This document shows, one piece after another, positions 8,436-17,365 of a DNA stretch of 51,710 nt. Made by a program: the position numbers and the translations under genes. Position 1 is the stretch's first letter. Each line of letters starts with the position of its first letter. The notes under the pieces were generated by a model. That model did no database searches. It worked only from the letters and a program-made list of their open reading frames with translations, and was not told the origin of the DNA. The stretch lies in IMG/VR virus record IMGVR_UViG_3300002091_000003, one strand, 5' to 3'. This DNA is from a virus.

Positions 8436-11400
8436 TTAGTGAATTTGTCTGGCTCTTATTACACCAGTTGCATTTATAGATCCAGCAGAAAATGTTGCTT
8501 TTGCAACTAAATAAATAGAAGTTGTCGTTGTAAGAACCAAACGAGTTGTTGGAACGGCTCCAGTAATGTTGAATGATGAAGCAATCGCTGTTACTGGAAA
8601 TTGAAATTGCTGATTCGCTACTAGCGTACCAGAAGTGGTACTGATGCCGCCAATAAACGGATTAGCCAAAGTGGTAGTAGCTCCAGTGGCAACAAAATTA
8701 ACATCAGCAGAAATATCCCATTCTCCAGCAATAAGAGAAATTGTTGAAGCGGTAATGTTGTCTGGTGATCCTGTAGAAAGAGATGTTGAAGTTCCTGTTG
8801 CTGTAACATAATTTCCAGCACCAAGATATGTAACAGAAATAGATGAATTAATAGGAAGATTGCTATAATAATTTACTATGCTTACGCTTCCTGTTCCTTC
8901 AATTGAATAAGTGTTAGCAAGAGTATTTGCAGTGTTGAATATATTAGTTGTATTTATAATTTGGGCAGTTCCTTTAGATGATGGGTATATTCTAACATTA
9001 ATAAGTTCGCAGCTATCTAAAGTTCCAGAAAAACCATTGTTTCCTCCAAGGTTAATTCCTGATGAATTGATTATACAATTCTTAAAATATCCATTTTCTG
9101 TATCAGTAGCAATAGGCCCATTGATGGTGCAATCCAAAAGGTTTCCATTGATTATAATATCAAATCCATTTCCAAAAATACAATTGAATGCACTTCCATT
9201 AAAGGAATCATTAATAAATGGGGCATCTGAAGTGCAATTTTTAAGCGTTCCTGCAAGCGAATATCCTCCCGCACCAATAATTGTTCCAGAGTTTTCTGCC
9301 GAAAAATGAACATTATTAAATTCGCAATTTGAATTTAAGTACCTAGACCAATAGCTTGTAAGTGAATCTGGAGTTGGATAGCCAGTAACAGAAGTGGTGT
9401 ATGTATTCTGGTAAACTTTTCCATTATAAAAAACCAAATCAGATGATGCGTATGTTGTAGAAATAGACCAATCTGTATAAACAGTCCAAGTTGATCCAGT
9501 GGCATTTGGAGCAACATTTGCCGTTATATTTGATCCTGTTTTGTTTTGATAAACAATTCCGTTATAAGATACCAACCTGTAATTTGCGTATGTTGCATTT
9601 ACCCATATTGGTACAGCAGTCCAAGATGCATTTGTGCTAGGATTTGCTTGACCTGATGCAATAGTAGACCCAGAAAGGTTTTGGTAAAGCGTTCCGTTAT
9701 AGTATACATATCCTCCAGTGGAGGACGATGGAACGGGATAAGCAACAGATGATGACCAATTACTAAATGTTATAAGAAACCCGCCAGCTAATAATCCCGA
9801 ACCCAAAGAACCAGATCCCATTATTGTAATGTTTTCAAAAGTAACCCAATCTGGGTTATTATAAACAAGATCAAATGTTGTTCCATTAACGCATTTAACT
9901 ATTGTGCTTTTAGATGATGATTTTCCAATTATTGTTGAAAATGGATATGGATTAGTAACATTTGAAGTTGATGGGATTGAATATACGCCAGCTTCCAATT
10001 CTATTGTAAATCTATTTGTTGGGCTTTTTGCATTACCATAAGGGGTTGCAGAAGATGAAGCCAGCATTGCGTTTACCAATGACAGTCCATTTATGAATTC
10101 TCCTCCGTTTGTGGTATTGTTTGCAAGAGTCCACGAAGCATTTGCATCAGGCGAATATTGGAATGCAGAAATCGTTGTTCCAGAAAGATTCCGATATGTG
10201 TTTCCATTGAAATACACATAAGAATTTACTGTGTACGGAATATCATAAGTCCAAATTGGTGCGATTGAGTTTGACTTTACTGTGATTGATCCAGCATTTC
10301 CAGATACATCAAATCTTTGAATTCCAGCTTCATCTGTATTATTATATTCTTTTATTACTTGCTCTTGATATAAACAATTTGTGCTTCCAATGTTTTTGTA
10401 AATTATGTTGTCGTGAATGTAAACATTTGAACATGGAGGAGTTGCTATAGTAAAATAACCAGATTGCTGGTCGGAACCATTGTATCCGCGCACAACATTG
10501 TTTCGTATCTCAAGGTTTTTTACGGCTGTTGCATACAATGATATTCCATTGAACCCACCAGAATCCGTGTTATTGCAAAGGTAGAATACATTGCTGTCAA
10601 TAATGCATCCCGTAAGAGAGCTTGCTCCTACATAACTTCCGTTTGCATCGGGCGCATTGGAGGAATTTGCAGTTCCAGAATAATCAATTCCTATTGCTCT
10701 TCTACAATTAACAAATTTATTATTTTTAATTGTTAAATTTCGGTTTTGCCATGAATCGCCATGAATTCCCTCTGAAAGATTTACAAAAGTATTATAACTT
10801 ATTTCTAAATTATCAAAAATTGCCCCACCAATAGCCCCAAATCCTCCTGCTAAATTTCCATTTCCAAGCGCATAGTTATTTGTAATTTTTCCTGATGCAT
10901 AATAATATGTAGTTCCAATATTAATTCCACCAATAGAAAATACTGTTGTATAGCATTGGGTTTGACCAATATTATTTACTAGTCCAGATGCCTTACAGTT
11001 TGAAATAATTGCATTCGTTCCAGTAATTACAACTGGAAAACTTTCTTGTCCTGTAACTACATCACCTCCAAAGTTTATAATATTGCAATCGGTGATTTTT
11101 GAATTAATACAAAGTGCATTAGCTCCTGTTCCTGTTCCTGCTATAGAAATTAAATCAACCTTGGAGTTTGCTTGTTTAAGATTCTGCCAATTACCATCTA
11201 CGGTTAATCCGCTTATTGTTACATTATCACCAAACGCAGAAATTACTTTGGTGTAAGTACCACCATTTACAGATGATCTTGCATTCAATCGAATTGTTGT
11301 TGTGTTTGGCCCGTCTCCAATTAAACCTGTTCCATTTGGCAAAACAATGCCATTGGTGTAATATGTTCCTTCAAAAAGTTTAACGACACAATTTTGCGGT

Positions 11401-11828
11401 ATGATGCAATTAATAGTATTTGGGTTTGCAAATAAAGCATCAAATTTTACTTGCGTAGATCCGTTGTATGGGTCTGCAATTGTTCCTGTTCCTGGCGCAT
11501 CATCAGATCGGGCTGCAATGTAGTAAGTTTTTGCAGAGGCAATTGGTATAAATGGTGAAAATACTGTTTTAGCTAATACCCCAGTTTGAGTTATTCCAAT
11601 TACATTATAAATTAAAGAACTTGAGACATATTGAAGGCTTGGAAGGTAAATGGGAGATTGAACTGATCCATCTGCCCATCGTGTCTTACTGCCATCAAAA
11701 ACAAGCCAACTAGGATTAAGCGGCAAATTCAACCTATTGATTTGACTGCCGTTTTGCCAAACAAGCGGCCCTTGCCCTTGCCCTGTGGGAGGAATTATAC
11801 TGATTGGAACTGTATTGTAGCAGGGCAT
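8436..11828 (-). CDS. tailspike: right-handed beta-helix (pectate-lyase-like) depolymerase candidate with four CBM5/12-like repeats
   Basis: 1130 aa. Repeated PbH1-like turns (ITDCNIINFGG, ISNCKASG, ITNNYALGNG, LTIKNNKFVNC, EIRNNVVRG, IHDNIIYKN). Four copies of Y-x-NG-x-x-Y-(Q/R)N...SWT motifs. Confidence 0.7.
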   Translation of the reverse strand: MPCYNTVPISIIPPTGQGQGPLVWQNGSQINRLNLPLNPSWLVFDGSKTRWADGSVQSPIYLPSLQYVSSSLIYNVIGITQTGVLAKTVFSPFIPIASAKTYYIAARSDDAPGTGTIADPYNGSTQVKFDALFANPNTINCIIPQNCVVKLFEGTYYTNGIVLPNGTGLIGDGPNTTTIRLNARSSVNGGTYTKVISAFGDNVTISGLTVDGNWQNLKQANSKVDLISIAGTGTGANALCINSKITDCNIINFGGDVVTGQESFPVVITGTNAIISNCKASGLVNNIGQTQCYTTVFSIGGINIGTTYYYASGKITNNYALGNGNLAGGFGAIGGAIFDNLEISYNTFVNLSEGIHGDSWQNRNLTIKNNKFVNCRRAIGIDYSGTANSSNAPDANGSYVGASSLTGCIIDSNVFYLCNNTDSGGFNGISLYATAVKNLEIRNNVVRGYNGSDQQSGYFTIATPPCSNVYIHDNIIYKNIGSTNCLYQEQVIKEYNNTDEAGIQRFDVSGNAGSITVKSNSIAPIWTYDIPYTVNSYVYFNGNTYRNLSGTTISAFQYSPDANASWTLANNTTNGGEFINGLSLVNAMLASSSATPYGNAKSPTNRFTIELEAGVYSIPSTSNVTNPYPFSTIIGKSSSKSTIVKCVNGTTFDLVYNNPDWVTFENITIMGSGSLGSGLLAGGFLITFSNWSSSVAYPVPSSSTGGYVYYNGTLYQNLSGSTIASGQANPSTNASWTAVPIWVNATYANYRLVSYNGIVYQNKTGSNITANVAPNATGSTWTVYTDWSISTTYASSDLVFYNGKVYQNTYTTSVTGYPTPDSLTSYWSRYLNSNCEFNNVHFSAENSGTIIGAGGYSLAGTLKNCTSDAPFINDSFNGSAFNCIFGNGFDIIINGNLLDCTINGPIATDTENGYFKNCIINSSGINLGGNNGFSGTLDSCELINVRIYPSSKGTAQIINTTNIFNTANTLANTYSIEGTGSVSIVNYYSNLPINSSISVTYLGAGNYVTATGTSTSLSTGSPDNITASTISLIAGEWDISADVNFVATGATTTLANPFIGGISTTSGTLVANQQFQFPVTAIASSFNITGAVPTTRLVLTTTTSIYLVAKATFSAGSINATGVIRARQIH

Positions 11829-11871
11829 AATTAACGGTACTTTAAATTTTTATTGAAAAAGTGCAAGATTT

Positions 11872-13170
11872 TTAGGCCGTATAGTTACCAGAAGAATAGA
11901 AGTAATGGTAGATATACCCGTTGCCATTAGTGGCATAGATGGTTCCTGTTGCGTTGGAGCCAGGATCAGATGCCATCGTATATTTAAACTGTGAAGGATT
12001 CGTGACTTGGATTGTAAAAGTCCCGTTATAGGCAGACGGAGAAGCCCCGCTTATCGTAACGCTATCTCCATTCTGAAACTCATACGCAACTCCCGTTGTG
12101 CAAATTGCGGTAGTGCCAGTGTGGGTAAGAGATGTTGCTTGTGCGTACTGTGATATGGCAACTATGGCTCCTGTTGCGTTTGAAACTGGAGAAGATGCCA
12201 TCGTGTAGGTAAATATTTTTCCATCAAATGGATCGTTTGTAATGGCAAAAGTTCCATTGTATTGGGATGGAGATGCTCCAGAAATTGTAATCAAATCGTT
12301 GTTTTGAAAACCCGTGTTGGTAGATGCAGTTGCTGTAGCCGTTGTTCCAACATGGGTCAATGTTGCTATAGACAAATTAGAAACAACAGTTCCTCCAGTT
12401 CCTCTTTGTGGGCCGCGATAACGGATTACAACAATTCCAGTTCCTCCTGCTCCTCCAGTAGAGCCATAAGCTCCACCACCACCACCACCACCAGTATTAA
12501 CATCACCAGTATCTCCATCAGTATTTGTGTTACCGTCTCCCCCGCCATAATCATTGGCTCCATGTCCAGCGGTAATTGAATGAGTCGTGTTTCCACCACC
12601 ACCTCCACCCCCAGAATAGTTTTGTCCATTATACCAAGTATAACCATAGCCACCATCTCCAGATTGGTATGTTCCACCTCCAGCACTATTCCCGTTTGTT
12701 CCAGATGTGTTAAATCCTCCACCACCTCCAGCGGCAACTTGATAAGCAATTCCATTCCAATATCCATTCCCTCCAGCTTGTCCGTAAACTCCACCAGCGC
12801 ATCCTACACCTTGTCCTGTTCCTCCACCTCCAGATCCAGCGGTGCTGGAACATTCTTGTTGGACACCACCAGTAGTTAGAATGTCATCTATTCCAGTTCC
12901 ACCATTTGCGCCATAGCCACCTTGTAATGCTATTTGCGAATTGAATCTGCTATAATTGTTACTTGCTCCAACAACAACTGGATATACCGTTGTGGGCAAA
13001 ACGGCACTGTAAGAATTTAGGCTTACCCCTCCACCTCCACCTCCACCAAGATTATTTCCTCCACTTCCACCACCCCCAACAAGGAGCGATTGAACATAAT
13101 AAGGAGTATTGGCAGTTAATTTTATTAAGCCTAAATTATTAATAGACTGAACTAATGCCAGATTGGGCAT
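11872..13170 (-). CDS. glycine-rich fibre-like protein with two C-terminal ~65-aa repeats
   Basis: 432 aa. Runs of GGGGSGG/GGGGGGG. Duplicated THxGTTA...ISGASPSxYNGTFxI...YTMAS..SNATG modules. Confidence 0.55.
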   Translation of the reverse strand: MPNLALVQSINNLGLIKLTANTPYYVQSLLVGGGGSGGNNLGGGGGGGVSLNSYSAVLPTTVYPVVVGASNNYSRFNSQIALQGGYGANGGTGIDDILTTGGVQQECSSTAGSGGGGTGQGVGCAGGVYGQAGGNGYWNGIAYQVAAGGGGGFNTSGTNGNSAGGGTYQSGDGGYGYTWYNGQNYSGGGGGGGNTTHSITAGHGANDYGGGDGNTNTDGDTGDVNTGGGGGGGAYGSTGGAGGTGIVVIRYRGPQRGTGGTVVSNLSIATLTHVGTTATATASTNTGFQNNDLITISGASPSQYNGTFAITNDPFDGKIFTYTMASSPVSNATGAIVAISQYAQATSLTHTGTTAICTTGVAYEFQNGDSVTISGASPSAYNGTFTIQVTNPSQFKYTMASDPGSNATGTIYATNGNGYIYHYFYSSGNYTA

Positions 13171-13171
13171 A

Positions 13172-13747
13172 TCAATTTATTTTATAGGCTATAATTGGGC
13201 CACCACTTGCTAGTCTAATAGCAGTAAAATATCCATAGATCACAGTACCTTGAGGCAAGAAAACTCCAGCAATAGGATCACCATTAAGAGTGCCGTGTGA
13301 AAGGCTTTGAGTAAGCGTTGTCAATGTTGCTCCACCCGTTCCAACAACTTGAACTGCATAATATGCTCCAGTATATTGAGTTGTAGTATTATTAATAAAT
13401 GTAAACCCATAAGATCCGCTTGATTTATCAGTTACTGCAATATCAGCAGTAGCAGGTTGATAAGAATTTACAGACGAAAGATTGTATCCCAATCCGTCAT
13501 CATAATAGATTGTCAGCTTATCGGTATTTGAAGCACCTTCTAGGGCAAGCGTGGTTCGTAGAACCAATACGCTGTTTGTTCCTTGCGTATAGGACAATGG
13601 GCCAGTTCCATTAGCAAAGTCATAAAGCAACTGACCAGTTGTTGCGTTTGATATAAGTAGAACTTGCGCTAATGGAACATTAATTCCATTGAGAGTAATT
13701 TGTTGGGTTGCTACATCAAAAGTGTAGTTTGTGCAAATCTGTTTCAT
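13172..13747 (-). CDS. hypothetical tail-associated protein
   Basis: 191-aa ORF whose stop abuts the downstream gene start (TGATATG). Lies in the fibre gene block. Confidence 0.55.
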   Translation of the reverse strand: MKQICTNYTFDVATQQITLNGINVPLAQVLLISNATTGQLLYDFANGTGPLSYTQGTNSVLVLRTTLALEGASNTDKLTIYYDDGLGYNLSSVNSYQPATADIAVTDKSSGSYGFTFINNTTTQYTGAYYAVQVVGTGGATLTTLTQSLSHGTLNGDPIAGVFLPQGTVIYGYFTAIRLASGGPIIAYKIN

Positions 13748-13750
13748 AAT

Positions 13751-14071
13751 TTAACCTAATGCTATTGCATATACTATTGCAATATTTGCAACTATTTGCT
13801 GATTCTGTGGATTTGGGATAAGCGAAAGTTGTTCTCTTGAATTAAGAGCCAAGAGGAACTGTGCGTTTGTTGGGGAATCGTGTTGGACGGCAGTAAGCGT
13901 AATGGGATTTTGTGTAGACCCATCTGCCACTACAAAGTTTTGACCATTCCAAGTCTGGAGTGCTGGATTTAAGCCAGGGACAACGGGATATTGGCATCCG
14001 CAACCACAATAGCTTGTAGTGCCAGCAAGCCCTGCATCCCCACCACAGCATTGTCCATTGGAGTAATTCAT
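13751..14071 (-). CDS. small Cys-rich protein carrying only the fibre N-terminal anchor-like module
   Basis: 106 aa. QCCGG...YCGCGCQYP then WNGQNFVVADGSTQNPITL, matching the N-termini of the 470-aa and 1130-aa proteins. Confidence 0.5.
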   Translation of the reverse strand: MNYSNGQCCGGDAGLAGTTSYCGCGCQYPVVPGLNPALQTWNGQNFVVADGSTQNPITLTAVQHDSPTNAQFLLALNSREQLSLIPNPQNQQIVANIAIVYAIALG

Positions 14072-14629
14072 TTAAGCAAAAGTTTTAATCATTAAGGCAT
14101 CACGATTCAGCCAGCCTCGGAGATTATTCCTCAAATCTGGCCTCTTGTCAGCAATTTCTTTATAATGCTCATCATTATATTCGCCAATCTTCAAGCAAAG
14201 TAAGTGAGCATCTTCTTGGAATGCTGCTTTCTCGGTAGCGGGGCCGATCTTTCCATCAATATCAATCTTCACTCCAAGTGCATTTATTGACTTCTGGAGA
14301 ATCTTAAAAGCAACCCCTAGCCCTTCATTGACAGCAATGTTGGCTACTTCCTCACCAACCCCTTGGGGTAGAAGGTCAGCCCTAGATTCAGCCCAATAGG
14401 AATCATGGTAAATATCAGCAATCCACTCTGGGGCAGGATTGTCTGGCAGATGGTCATACTTTTGGGTAAGTCCACAGAAGGTTATTCCAGCACCGTCATG
14501 GTCATCCTCTTTCAAGATATTTCCATTGCGGTCTAGCGTTGCCTCTACTTCACAGATGAATTTAAGCCACTTGGTAAACCTAGCGGGGAACTTGCGACTA
14601 GAAGCGTCGAGGATGTCCTGTATCGTCAT
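14072..14629 (-). CDS. endolysin, GH108-like lysozyme with PG_binding_3-like C-terminal domain
   Basis: DGAGITFCGLT near the N-terminus, then LLPQGVGEEVANIAVNEGLGVAFKILQ...DGKIGPATEKA...LRGWLNR, the typical GH108+PG_binding_3 pattern. No signal or SAR sequence. Confidence 0.8.
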   Translation of the reverse strand: MTIQDILDASSRKFPARFTKWLKFICEVEATLDRNGNILKEDDHDGAGITFCGLTQKYDHLPDNPAPEWIADIYHDSYWAESRADLLPQGVGEEVANIAVNEGLGVAFKILQKSINALGVKIDIDGKIGPATEKAAFQEDAHLLCLKIGEYNDEHYKEIADKRPDLRNNLRGWLNRDALMIKTFA

Positions 14630-14892
14630 GGAAGTTTATCTTGGGGAACATTGTCCTCAAGGGCTTTCTGACCAACCTTGGCGGCTCTATTGGCTGTAAA
14701 CAGGGCAACAATCCATGTCAACGACCCAGAAGGGTTGAACGAAGCATTGGGATTATTCAGATGCGAGTATATCGTGTATCCAATGACCAATACAAATGCT
14801 ATAAGTATAGCAACCTCCCAGATAACGAAAGAAATCCTCAAACTAGAAGGCGTTCCGTTTGTCTCACTGAATAGCTGCTTAATGAAATCCAT
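14626..14892 (-). CDS. two-TMD membrane protein in the lysis cassette (second holin/antiholin candidate)
   Basis: ATG at 14892 follows the upstream stop (14897). Strong TMD ISFVIWEVAILIAFVLVIGYTIY, weaker LTWIVALFTA, charged C-terminus. 4-nt overlap with the endolysin start. Confidence 0.5.
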   Translation of the reverse strand: MDFIKQLFSETNGTPSSLRISFVIWEVAILIAFVLVIGYTIYSHLNNPNASFNPSGSLTWIVALFTANRAAKVGQKALEDNVPQDKLP

Positions 14893-14896
14893 ACGA

Positions 14897-15301
14897 TCAA
14901 AGGAAAAACTTCCAAGAGGTTTTAAGCCCAAGATACACAATCACACAAATAACAGCAGAAAACGCAAGCAGCCTCCAAAACCAGATGATCTTCAAATCTT
15001 GATAATGCTTTTCCCGCCAATAGTTAGCGTCTTTCTGTGCCTTTACAATTTGCTCCCCCAAATCATTAACCTTAATAGAGTAGGAATAGAGGCTCTTTAT
15101 CGCCCCATCCAAGCTGTTATTGAGTTTCTGTGCAGTCTGCTTGCCCTCTACTGATACATATTGGTCAAGCTCCTTGGCGGCAGCACTTGCCTCATCCAAG
15201 TCTTTGACTACAGCAGCAGGAGATGGAGGGTAGTACGCTTCTTTCTTTACTGAAGCACACCCTGTAATTGCAAAAGCAAAGACAATTGCTAGAAGTCTCA
15301 T
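14897..15301 (-). CDS. unimolecular-spanin-like protein (N-terminal lipoprotein signal plus C-terminal TMD)
   Basis: MRLLAIVFAFAITGC carries a lipobox (ITG|C). C-terminal TMD IIWFWRLLAFSAVICVIVYLGL. Sits between the holin and endolysin genes. Confidence 0.6.
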   Translation of the reverse strand: MRLLAIVFAFAITGCASVKKEAYYPPSPAAVVKDLDEASAAAKELDQYVSVEGKQTAQKLNNSLDGAIKSLYSYSIKVNDLGEQIVKAQKDANYWREKHYQDLKIIWFWRLLAFSAVICVIVYLGLKTSWKFFL

Positions 15302-15486
15302 TTCCTAGAATTGCGAACACCCGTATAAATAGCAATACAGCCAGCAACAAGGGACACAATAAAAGTAACATTTTGTAACCACACATGAGAATTGTTCAGA
15401 AATGAAACAATAAGCGTGATCAGAGAAATCAATGCGCTATTGGAAGTTGTACCCGTATCCGATGTTGGGCTAGGCGTAGGGTTCAT
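15298..15486 (-). CDS. holin candidate (class II-like, two TMDs)
   Basis: 62 aa. TMDs ALISLITLIVSFL and VTFIVSLVAGCIAIYTGV, basic C-terminus RNSRK. ATGA overlap with the next gene. Confidence 0.6.
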   Translation of the reverse strand: MNPTPSPTSDTGTTSNSALISLITLIVSFLNNSHVWLQNVTFIVSLVAGCIAIYTGVRNSRK

Positions 15487-15488
15487 CT

Positions 15489-15911
15489 TTATTCTGAAGC
15501 AACAGATGTAGCAGCGGCATCAACAGGAGTAACATCAGCAGCAGGAGCATCAGCAATAGGAGCATCAACAGGAGATTCAACAAAAGGATTCTCTGGAGCT
15601 ACCACAACAACTGGTTCAACATAAGGCTGAACTCCTTTAAGCAATGCCTCAAGGACTGTTGCTGGACTATCACCAAGCAAACTAGCTACTTGAGCGTCTA
15701 CCATTGTATCTGTAAACTGACCTTGATTAACATAATCTTGACCAGACCAAAGGATAAGATTCCTTCCTATTTGCTTAATTCTAGCAATTGCCGTTTTAGC
15801 ATTGTTATCATAAGTGATAGAATAATCCAATTGAGAAAGACTAATTGGAGGGCGAATTGCTACAACTTGTTGAGCAACATTAATAGTAATCGTAGATGGG
15901 AAAGTGATCAT
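15489..15911 (-). CDS. hypothetical virion protein with an Ala/Pro/Val-rich acidic tail
   Basis: ATG at 15911 lies just after the upstream stop (15916-15918). 140 aa. Confidence 0.6.
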   Translation of the reverse strand: MITFPSTITINVAQQVVAIRPPISLSQLDYSITYDNNAKTAIARIKQIGRNLILWSGQDYVNQGQFTDTMVDAQVASLLGDSPATVLEALLKGVQPYVEPVVVVAPENPFVESPVDAPIADAPAADVTPVDAAATSVASE

Positions 15912-15915
15912 AAGA

Positions 15916-16542
15916 TTAACCAAAAACTACAAATACTGTAGTGGTTATGCTAAATGCAGTTACATTAGTTGTTGGGATGCCATTTACAGGAAATACAAAT
16001 GTTCCTCCAGGTGCAATTGGGATTCCAAGTGTTGCAGAAGCCGTTCCACCAGTAGGATTAACATATAAAGTATTTACTAATCCAGTATTTGATACAGAAA
16101 GATATGTTGCGCTTGTTGTTGCTGATCTGATTATTGCCGAACTGGTTACGGTAACAGTTGAAGTAGGCGCAGTAAATGTAAGCCTATTTCCATTTATTGT
16201 TCCATTTGTTCTTATTGCAAACAAACCATTTGAGGTTGCATCATATCTTGCATCCTGTCCAAGCAGTTCATTATCGTTTGAGTCATACAAATCACACTTT
16301 AAGCTGCCGCTGCCACTTGAAGATAAAGCATTTCCAGTAGTGTCATTAATATTTACAGAAACTTGTGTATCTGAATTTGCTATATCAACTTTAACATTTC
16401 CGCTACCATCTAAAGGCCCAGTAATATTAACATTCTCTGCTAATCCAGTTTGGCCTTGGATTGCACTTACAATCTGCCATCGCTGTTCATCAGCGGTTGT
16501 TCCTATAAAGTCTTGGAAATCAAGTGGAGTAACAGTAGCCAT
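15916..16542 (-). CDS. hypothetical virion protein (Ser/Thr/Asn/Gly-rich, beta-type)
   Basis: 208-aa ORF on the late strand. The mirror plus-strand ORF 15941..16552 is judged an antisense artefact. Confidence 0.6.
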   Translation of the reverse strand: MATVTPLDFQDFIGTTADEQRWQIVSAIQGQTGLAENVNITGPLDGSGNVKVDIANSDTQVSVNINDTTGNALSSSGSGSLKCDLYDSNDNELLGQDARYDATSNGLFAIRTNGTINGNRLTFTAPTSTVTVTSSAIIRSATTSATYLSVSNTGLVNTLYVNPTGGTASATLGIPIAPGGTFVFPVNGIPTTNVTAFSITTTVFVVFG

Positions 16543-16561
16543 AAAAATTTAAGGTAGTATA

Positions 16562-16585
16562 GCGGGGGGTTTTTACGCCCCCCGC
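16562..16585 (-). terminator. GC-rich stem-loop after the 248-aa gene (attenuator/terminator candidate)
   Basis: GCGGGGGG-tttttacg-CCCCCCGC is an 8-bp perfect stem 15 nt downstream of the stop at 16600. No clean U-tract on the minus strand. Confidence 0.45.
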
Positions 16586-16599
16586 AATACAAGTTTTAA

Positions 16600-17346
16600 T
16601 TACTGAAGAATACCAACAACATAGACATTACCAGTGCAAGCACCGATTCGTGCAGCAGAATCAGTGGTTGGGGAACCAGATGAAGCTGAATTTGCAATAA
16701 CAGGGTTGTAGAACGAGATCGTGTTTGCTGAAGTATTAATTGCTGTGATCGTGAATACACCATTGTAGGCAGTATTTACGGAAGCAAGTTTAACGCGAAT
16801 CTTTGATCCAGGCGTATACGAGGCGGGAACACTCGACACATTGATGGTCGAAATGTTGTTTACCGTGTAGTAGCTAATCGAAGCCAGCGTTGGGACAGCC
16901 AACCTAGTAAGCCTTACGCGAAGCGATTGGGTGGAAGCGGCTCCAGTTCCATCAGTGGTAGCGACAGGAAGGCCACCAAGCACATAGGATGGAGAAGCAA
17001 TCGTCAAAGGCTGTTGCGACAGATTTGCGGTGCTGTTGTTTGGGGTAAGAACAGTAGCACCATCCAAGGTAGCAGTAGCAACAATGTTTTCACCGTTTAT
17101 ACCAGTATCAATAATGATTTGGGCAGTAGTAGTGAGTGCGCCAATCACATTTGTATACTCAACAAATGCAGAAGTTGGAATAAACACTTGCTCATCATAC
17201 TCAAGTTGACCAATCGTGAAATCGGTTTCTGTAGTAGCACCAACAAATGGTTGGGTGAAATCAATCTCGTATGGGCCGAAACGAACCACAGTGAGATTGT
17301 TAGGAACAGGCTTTAGGCTGTTATTAGCGGGGAGTGTATTAGGCAT
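16600..17346 (-). CDS. head-proximal structural protein (decoration/fibre-like) sharing the YNGxFTI module with the Gly-rich fibre
   Basis: 248 aa. C-terminal KIRVKLASVNTAYNGVFTITAINTSANTISFY resembles the repeats in 11872..13170. Confidence 0.55.
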   Translation of the reverse strand: MPNTLPANNSLKPVPNNLTVVRFGPYEIDFTQPFVGATTETDFTIGQLEYDEQVFIPTSAFVEYTNVIGALTTTAQIIIDTGINGENIVATATLDGATVLTPNNSTANLSQQPLTIASPSYVLGGLPVATTDGTGAASTQSLRVRLTRLAVPTLASISYYTVNNISTINVSSVPASYTPGSKIRVKLASVNTAYNGVFTITAINTSANTISFYNPVIANSASSGSPTTDSAARIGACTGNVYVVGILQ

Positions 17347-17365
17347 AATTTTGTTTTGTTAATTT

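Noticed and set aside
12262-12879. Several 99-122-aa ORFs on both strands inside the Gly-rich fibre gene.
   Set aside because: They are products of the low-complexity GGN/GGT repeat DNA read in other frames and lie nested within the 432-aa ORF.
15941-16552. A 203-aa plus-strand ORF mirroring the 208-aa minus-strand gene.
   Set aside because: All neighbours are on the minus strand with tight coupling. The plus-strand frame has no start signal and hydrophobic nonsense-like composition.
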